A stretch of 64,000 nt of DNA from the human T2T-CHM13v2.0 reference genome, Homo sapiens. This document shows positions 56,831 to 64,000 of this stretch, one piece after another. The position numbers were made by a program, and so were the translations under genes. The stretch lies in the NCBI RefSeq assembly GCF_009914755.1, contig NC_060932.1, one strand, 5' to 3'. The notes under the pieces were generated by a model, which saw only the letters and a program-made list of their open reading frames with translations, was not told the DNA's origin and ran no database searches. Each line of letters begins with the position of its first letter. Positions within the stretch are counted from its first letter, which is position 1.

Positions 56831-57139
56831 TTTTCCCAGTTAGATTCAAATCTCCATCCGACACTATATGCACTATATTCTTCCTAGAATATACTCCCAT
56901 AAAAAAGTGGCTTGTTCTTCCTTTAGCTGGAAGGCCAAGAAAATATTCACCTTGGATGGAGCCTCTAGGAATGAGACAGGCAGGAACCATAACTATCCTT
57001 GTATGATTTCACCACCAGGGTACACCCAGACAGAGAAAAGAGAAAGGTCTTATGAACTGACTATTGCCCTTCATTTCCTTAGAATAAGGGAATATCTCAT
57101 CCACAGAATGTCAGATCCCCCACCCTGCTTCATATAACA

Positions 57140-58150
57140 CTTATTCAACAAATACTTACTGAACAGCCACTATATGTCTACTATTGTATTAGATTCTGGG
57201 GACCCAGCAGTAGTAGGACATACACAGTCCTTGCATTCATGGAGCTAGGTGGCTAGTGTGGGAACAACACTGACAGTCAGTTACAGTAAATCTTAAGAAC
57301 AAAATACAGGATGCTGAGGACCCACACCTGAGGACCATCTAGTCTGCATTGCAGATAAAGAATCTTGGGCTTTGGTTACCCTGTTCAATCTAAAGAATGA
57401 GGTTTATTCAGGTGAAATTCAGGAAGATTGAGGAGAGTTGGGAATAGGTTTGAAGAAAGGAGATGAAGAATATTTTGAGAGAGCAGACTATATCAAGATT
57501 CAGTTACATAGATGAGCATGGCATATCAGCTGAAATGAACATTTGAATATGGTTGGAACACAGGGAGATGCACGCTGCTGCCAAATGATGCAGTGAGAAG
57601 TTAGTAGCAGCCAAACCATAAAGGCTGTTAAAAGATATATTACATTCAGAGGGTAAGAGAAACACATGGAAGTTTTAAGCAAGTAAATAGCAAGAATTGC
57701 ATTTTAGAAAGACAATTCTTGGCTCCATGGTGGAAAATGAATTGTAAAGGAACAAAATCAGAGGCAGGGTGAATGGCTAGGACACTCTTGCAGTAATCAA
57801 TGTTGGAGACACAGAACTGCATAGATAGAGAAATTTAGGCAGTGAATTGATTAAAGATAGAAGGGAGGAGTCACAGATAATGGTCAGATTTCTGGCCAGG
57901 ACACCTGGCAGTGAAATCTATTTAGAATGAGGGGGAAATGTTGAGTTCATTTGGGACATTTCAAATTTAAAGAGACTGGAGCCATATCCAAGATTCTGAA
58001 TGTCATCAACATAAAGACAGTCAAACAGTGCATAATAGAAATCAAGGCAATAGCTAACATCACCCAATGAGAGTCTGCAGTGAAGAGATGTCTCATGAAC
58101 ATACCAGCACTTAAGAGACCGAAAAAGTGATTTCAAGAGTAAAGATTTTA
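57140..58150 (-). mobile_element. L2 remnant
   Basis: Begins with the antisense L2 tail ttattcaacaaatacttactgaacagccactatatgtc; later gagttcatttgggacat. Confidence 0.75.
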
Positions 58151-59589
58151 TGTACACTTGATAGAGTGGGTGGCCCACACACTGTTTCTAGTAAGCGGAA
58201 GGTCAAAATCCTTGCACTTTGAGGTCCCCGGTTCCTGTAAGCACAGCTGGGTTTCAGGGGAAAGACAGGCATGTTCGTTTGTTCAACAACCTTTAGTAGT
58301 CTGGTTTAATGAGGCTGTAGAAATTTCCTGTGGGTGGATGAAATTTAAAAAACTATACATGAGTAGGAGAGGGGGATGTAAAGAACTTAGAACTTCCCTT
58401 ATTTAGAAAGTAAAGCTAAAGAATTGTCAATTTGGGGTCTTTTCAGTCAGTGTGTGGAAGCACCTGCTTGAGAATTCCTTTTTCTTTAGTTATTAGTGTT
58501 TAAGGGACAACTAACACATTTAGGATTAAGCTTACAAATGACTCCTGCTAGTTTATCTCAGTGTAGTTTTAATTTGCAACATTTTTATCTATCTTCCCTT
58601 TTGTCTACAACTAATCAAACATGTTTTCGTTTGGTTATAAAGACAATAACTATTATTAGCTGCTGAACTTGGAGTCCTGTAAGACACTACTTTTCAGGAG
58701 AGGAAGGAGCATCGAGCATCCCCTTGGTCCTAGGCACAGAGCTCTTCTTATGCTGCAGATTGTGGCTTGCCCACACTATAAATATGTGTTAGCTTTTCAA
58801 CTTGCATTTGGCCCTCTTACCACTGCTCTTGCCGATTGTTTGTTTTTGTAAAATTTCTATGGTGGCTTTTTGTCCATTTGTGTCTTTGATGTTTACAGAG
58901 TCTGTCTCTGGAGAGCTAACATAAGTGGATTTGGGTATTGGTGGAAGTTATGATTTGGCAACTCTTCTCACTATTATAATTATTTAAAATATGCCTGAAA
59001 AACTCCAAGTGCTACATGCAAAACTACAATAATAATGTGACCCCATGTCTGAAAACTATAATTATTACAGAGACATTTGCTCTAAAAAATTGCCTAGCAA
59101 ATGGTAGCAGGAGCACATGGCTTTGAGGCTGTGCAGTGTACATGGCTTCTTGTGGGGAAACAGCCAACCTACAGCTTAAACATGGAAGCTCTAAAAGAGC
59201 TTGCATCTCATCTGGTAAACTTGCAGTTTTCCGACATTATAACCATATCTGAAGGGCCCTTTATAAGTAGGTATTTGATGTAATGATTAGCCCAAAGTTT
59301 ACCTCACCATTTGGATTCTTAGAAAAAGAGGAAAATTGTGCTTGTGGAAATCTTTTTACTAGATATTGCAAAATATTTTAGGCTATAGGTAATTAGCATA
59401 TATAGGAAAACTTCCTTAGAGCATAATCAGGATCACGTTATCAATAGATTACATTGAGCCACAAAAATGTGTGCTTCAGTGTGGAAAGTATACATCTTGT
59501 ATAGTTATCTCGTATAGCTTGAGTAGGTTATAAGCCAAGGTTATAACATCTTTTATATATTTGTTGTTTGAATTCACTGTGAAATATTT

Positions 59590-59971
59590 TGTGCTGAAGA
59601 TCAGTATTGTTCACTCTATCTCATTCTCCTCTTCTTCCTGGATACATGAAAGATTTCTCAGTCTGCTGCAACTATACATTACTAGTTCTGGCCAATAGCC
59701 ATCAGTGGAAGTCATATATATCACTTCCAGTCCAAGGCATTTAGGAGAAGTGTGAGTTCTCTGTATCTCTTTTTTTCTATTGCAGTGATCCTGGATGTTA
59801 CCAATTGAGATGGCAATATCTAAAGATGTTTGGGTTCATGGTTGTGTAGAATAGAGCTCTGCTGACCTGTATTAAACAGGTAATATGAGTGAGAAATAAA
59901 CCTTTATTCCACCCCTAAGGTTAAGGGTTTATTTGTTACTGCAGCATAATATGGCTTATTTTGAGTAATAT
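59590..59971 (+). mobile_element. MLT1 (I/J-like) MaLR LTR
   Basis: ttctggccaatag...gtggaagtcat...cacttccagtccaaggcattta...atgagtgagaaataaacc...tttgttactgcagcataa. Confidence 0.75.
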
Positions 59972-60769
59972 TGGATCAAATTCTCTCCTTGATTTAAATG
60001 ATGGATCCAAAAAAGGGCAATTCTAGGTCATGTAATTTAGGCTTTGTAGACACTCTTGAGTTTAGAGAAAATATAACTGATCATGATCTTTTTTAAAAAA
60101 CTGTCTGTTGTACATTGAGAAAACTAGTTTGCAATTAGATACATTTGTAAGGTAGATTAAAATGTTCATCTAAAATAAGACTCACCTTGACTTTATTATA
60201 CCTAGTCTAGATTTTTTATTTATGATCTCAAGGAATTTAGCACTTGTGTACTTAACATCTAGGCAAGATAGTCCAATTATTTTATTTAGGATTATATTTC
60301 ATAATCTATCTGTAAGTTTGGGTTTGAATGATGCTAGAGCCTCAAGATAGAAGAAAGTTTCAGATGGAAAAGAAGGGAGTTAGCTTCTCAAGGCTGTGAA
60401 GTTTATCAAGTGGAATAAAGAGGATATTATATCTCCTACATTTTATGGAACAAATTATATAATTTCATATGCATTACTGATATGTTTTTAACTTATTTTC
60501 TATCTTTGGTTTATTTGTGTTCCAAAAACAGAACTGTACATCTCAGGAAACTCTTTTGGTACTGACAGTTGTAAAAATCATTGGAAAATGAAGTCTACAT
60601 AGGAAATCTTTCCCAATTATAGCCAAATTTAAACATATAGCCTTCATATTAGAAGGAATGTCATTGTGCCAAGACATAGATCACTTGAAGGGGAAAAGCA
60701 GAGGTAGTGTGTTATAGCAATAAGACCATGTGGTTTGTTGCCACAGATGTACGTTTGAGCAGTTGCTTC

Positions 60770-61475
60770 ATTCCTTTGATGCTTTGAAGCCAGCCATTGA
60801 CTTCTCTCTCGCTATGAAAGTTCTATATGGCATCTTCTTCCAATAGAAGTCTGTCTCATCTACGTGGAAAATCTGTCATTTAGTGTAGCAACCATCATCA
60901 ATTATTTTAGCTTGATCTTCTGGATAACTTGCTGCACCGTCTGCATCAGCACTTGCTATTTCACTTTGCACTTTTATGTTATAAAGACAGCTCCTTCCTT
61001 TAACCTCATAAACCAACTTCAGCTAGCATCCAACTTTTTTTCCTGCAGCTTCCTTATCTTTCTCAGCCTTCGCAGTATTGAAATGTTAGGGCTGTTTTCT
61101 GGGTTGAGTTCTGGCTTAAGGAAATGTTATAGTTGGTTTGATCAACTATCCAGACCATTAAAACTTTCTCTATGTCAGCAACGAGGCTGTTTCTCTTTCT
61201 TATCATTCATGTGTTCACTGGAGTAGCACTTTTAATTTCCTTCAAGATGTTTTCCTTTGCATGAACATCTTGGTTGTTTGGTGCAAGAGGCCTAGATGTT
61301 GTCCTATCTTGTCTTCCGACATGCCTTCCTCACCGAGCTTAATCATTTGTAGCGTTTGATTTAAACTGAGAGACTTGTGACTCTACCTTTCACTTGAACA
61401 CGTAGGGGCCATCGTAGGGTCATTAGTTGACCTATTTTCGATACTGCTGTGTCTCAGGGAATAGAGAAGTCTTAG

Positions 61476-61507
<32 letters not shown>

Positions 61508-61825
61508 TGGGGAAACAGCTGCTCAGCAGAGCAGTCAGAACACACACAGCATTTATTAAGTTCACTGTCTTATATGAGTGTGGTCCATGGTGCCCTAAAA
61601 CAATTACAATAGTAATGTCAAAGATCACAGCTCATCAAAACAGATAATAATGAAAAAGTTTGAAATATTGCTAGAATTACTAAAATGTGATACTGAGATA
61701 GGACATGAGCACATGCTGTTAGAAAAATAGTGACAACAGACTTGCTTTGAAGTAGGGTTGCCATAGACCTTCAATTCATAAAAACACACAATATCTGCAA
61801 AGTGCAATAAAATGAAGTGTGTTTG
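60770..61825 (-). mobile_element. Tigger1 DNA transposon, 5' portion including a transposase N-terminal remnant
   Basis: TIR-like ctgcaaagtgcaataaaatgaagtgtgtttg followed by TA; internal gatcttctggataacttgctgca and gacatgccttcctcaccgagcttaatcattt. Confidence 0.88.
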
Positions 61826-62089
61826 TACCTAATACTCTTAAGAAATGACTGTAGAAATGCAGATATCTAGAAACTTGGGTCTTCAGCATTCTCTGAGGGT
61901 CTAACAATTAGACATGACCATTTTAACCAGAAAATTGGAATTCGGTTTAAGTGTCACATTTTCCAAAATACCCTACTTGACTGTGACTTCCTACTGTCCT
62001 CCATAGCAGCTAAACTACAAAAGCAACATAACACTGGAGCATGCAGGTTCAACTTAACAAGAATCAACTTCTACTTGTCATTCTTCTAA

Positions 62090-62280
62090 TTCAGGTTGTT
62101 CTAGAAACTAACTGTACCATCTAATCACTTGGGGAGATTTTTTAAACATTTCCAAAGCTGGGGTCCAATCCCAGAGTAATCAACCAGAATATCTAGGGGT
62201 GAAGCCTAGGCATGGGTACTTGTAAATTCCTCTCAGGAGGTTCTTATATGCAACCAAGGATGAGAAACACCACAACTTGA
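62090..62280. mobile_element. MER5B-like MITE
   Basis: aatcacttggggagattttttaaa...caatcccagagtaatcaaccagaatatctaggggtgaagcctaggcat...gttcttatatgcaaccaaggatgagaaacac. Confidence 0.65.
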
Positions 62281-62419
62281 AGTTCTGTTAATGGTGATAC
62301 AGTGAGTTAAAGAGTTTCAAAGACTCCATTTGCTTTATAAGCAAAAGTTAAACATACCTATAATTTTCTTTGTGAAACAAATTTGCAATTGCACATTGTT
62401 AAATAACCTTTAGTGAAAT

Positions 62420-62660
62420 TACTATTTCTTTGCTAGTAATATGTATTGAGGGTTTTTCAAATATCAGCAACTTCCCTGAGTACTCTATATGCATTATTTC
62501 ATCTAATTTTTATGGTGGCCCTTGGAGGTAGCACTATGATTATCTCCATTATATAGATGAGACACGTCAGTCAAAAAGAAATGTGAATTAACTTATCTGG
62601 GATGGTGCAGTAGTTTTCAGGGTAGATCCATGAACCTAGAGACTGAAAGGCCTTTGTACT
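62420..62660 (-). mobile_element. MIR
   Basis: gcattatttcatctaat...cccttggaggtagcactatgattatctccattatatagatgag. Confidence 0.7.
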
Positions 62661-63464
62661 GTGTTTTAACCTGGCAGGTGTGTGTCTTCCAGAGTGAGCT
62701 GACTTTATTATAACTTCATGATGTGTAGTCATGGAGGGATTTATGACCTGATGATTCAGGACATGAACTTGGAGAGTATGTTGTGCTGCTCTTATCATAG
62801 TAGTTATGTTTCTAGCTCCTTGTCCCTTCCCTTGGGTAACATACAATGATAAACTGATAGTCTCAGCCACTTGGCTCTGAGAAACCTCTTCCGTGATGGA
62901 TTCTAACTTATTTTTGTATCCTTAGGGGTAGGTCTATGTTTTCACATAGTAGGCTCTCAGTAAATAAACAAATATATAGGAAAGAGAACCAGCTACTTTG
63001 GGTGAATATCCAAGCCTGGCTCTTTCCTGGGGAAGCAATTAAGAAAGAGTTTCCCCTTCTTGGAAGAGAGGTTACCTCAACCTCCCACCTTGAAAATCCA
63101 ACAACCGGTTCCAGGGAATTCCCCAACCTCTGATGTTAAAAAGACTGGAGACAACCAGAACAAACAAAAGGATATTAATAACAATCATAATACTCTGGGC
63201 ATTAATTAAAAACAAATAACATTAAACCAAAGGGTCAGAGTTGCAAAGTGGTGCTGGGGGATGCTGCTCTTTGTCAGTTGGGCAGTATAGCAAACGGAGC
63301 ACCAAGAAAAGGAACAGGCTATGATGCTGAGAAAGCTGCTCTGATGTCCATAAACAGAGGAGTCCAGCCAGGCAACCTGAAACCAGGGCCTCTACTGACT
63401 TGTACCCTCCATTGTAGCCTGGGGGCATTTTGTTTTATAAAATAAGTTGGGAGAGGCTTAATTT

Positions 63465-63720
63465 GATATGCTTAGTAATAATAAAAGCTACCCATATGTT
63501 TAGTGCTTACTGTGAGACAAGGCTTTTACTGGGTGTTTTATATGCACTGACTCACTTATTTCCTTGTAGAAAATCAATCTGTTATAATTGTCCTTATATG
63601 ATGAATGAAGGAATTGAGACTTCACTTTCTCAGTAATGCCCAAGCCAAGAAGTGATGGAGCCGGAATTTGAATCCCAATTGTCTGATGTGTGAAGCCAGG
63701 GATGTGGCCACTAAAGTCTA
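63465..63720 (-). mobile_element. MIR
   Basis: taataataaaagctacc...agtgcttactgtgagacaagg...gaaggaattgagact...gtgatggagccggaatttgaatccca. Confidence 0.7.
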
Positions 63721-64000
63721 GCCCCCTTCATTAGTGCATGTAAGTGCCTTGGCTTGGCCAGAAAGAGTAAGTGATCTGATGTATAGCAAACAAATATCTG
63801 GTCCCAGTTTTTCCACCCTTCTGTAAGAGCCTACTACACCATTTTTCCCTTTGATCAGGCCGAAGCTGGGTAGTAGAGGATTCAAAATAAATATTTATGA
63901 TTGTTCTCTGGTCTTTAGAGAGAGAATTCCTGGCCTTTTTAAATTCCTTAATTCAGACTTTTCAACAGACTTTAAATATATGTACAATTCCAGGGAGGCC

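Noticed and set aside
60864-61226. 120-aa ORF
   Set aside because: Antisense translation of the Tigger1 transposase remnant.

Overview
Primate (almost certainly human) AT-rich genomic DNA, not prokaryotic. The window holds the 3' end of a spliced + strand gene that I recognise from its peptide as C8orf34 (VEST1, chr8q13; the identity is from memory, not a search). Four short coding exons (11115-11165, 22148-22241, 50595-50654, 52948-52955) have canonical AG/GT boundaries and compatible phases. They join into ...GEASSGVGHSLKNYMEE|[32 protein letters not shown]|SADLLLCVPCSSCPTLVYS G|L*, followed by a 3' UTR with several poly(A) signals. None of these exons is in the supplied ORF track, whose ORFs look like repeat-derived or chance ORFs. 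The rest is intron and downstream DNA dense in Alus (many with readable TSDs), L1/L2/MIR remnants, solo LTRs (MER4A1, MSTA, MLT1, MER52A, THE1D, MER67), DNA transposon relics (MER5A, Tigger4a, MER102, MER2, Tigger1) and microsatellites. Repeat subfamily names come from my recollection of consensus sequences and need RepeatMasker/Dfam confirmation; coordinates of old repeats are approximate. I found no convincing novel biological system. The best leads are (i) an open alternative reading frame across the last two exons that would give an NMD-escaping hydrophobic C-terminus, (ii) a UG repeat beside an in-frame Cys-rich cassette exon, and (iii) a sense intronic LTR whose TATA and poly(A) signals both appear mutated.
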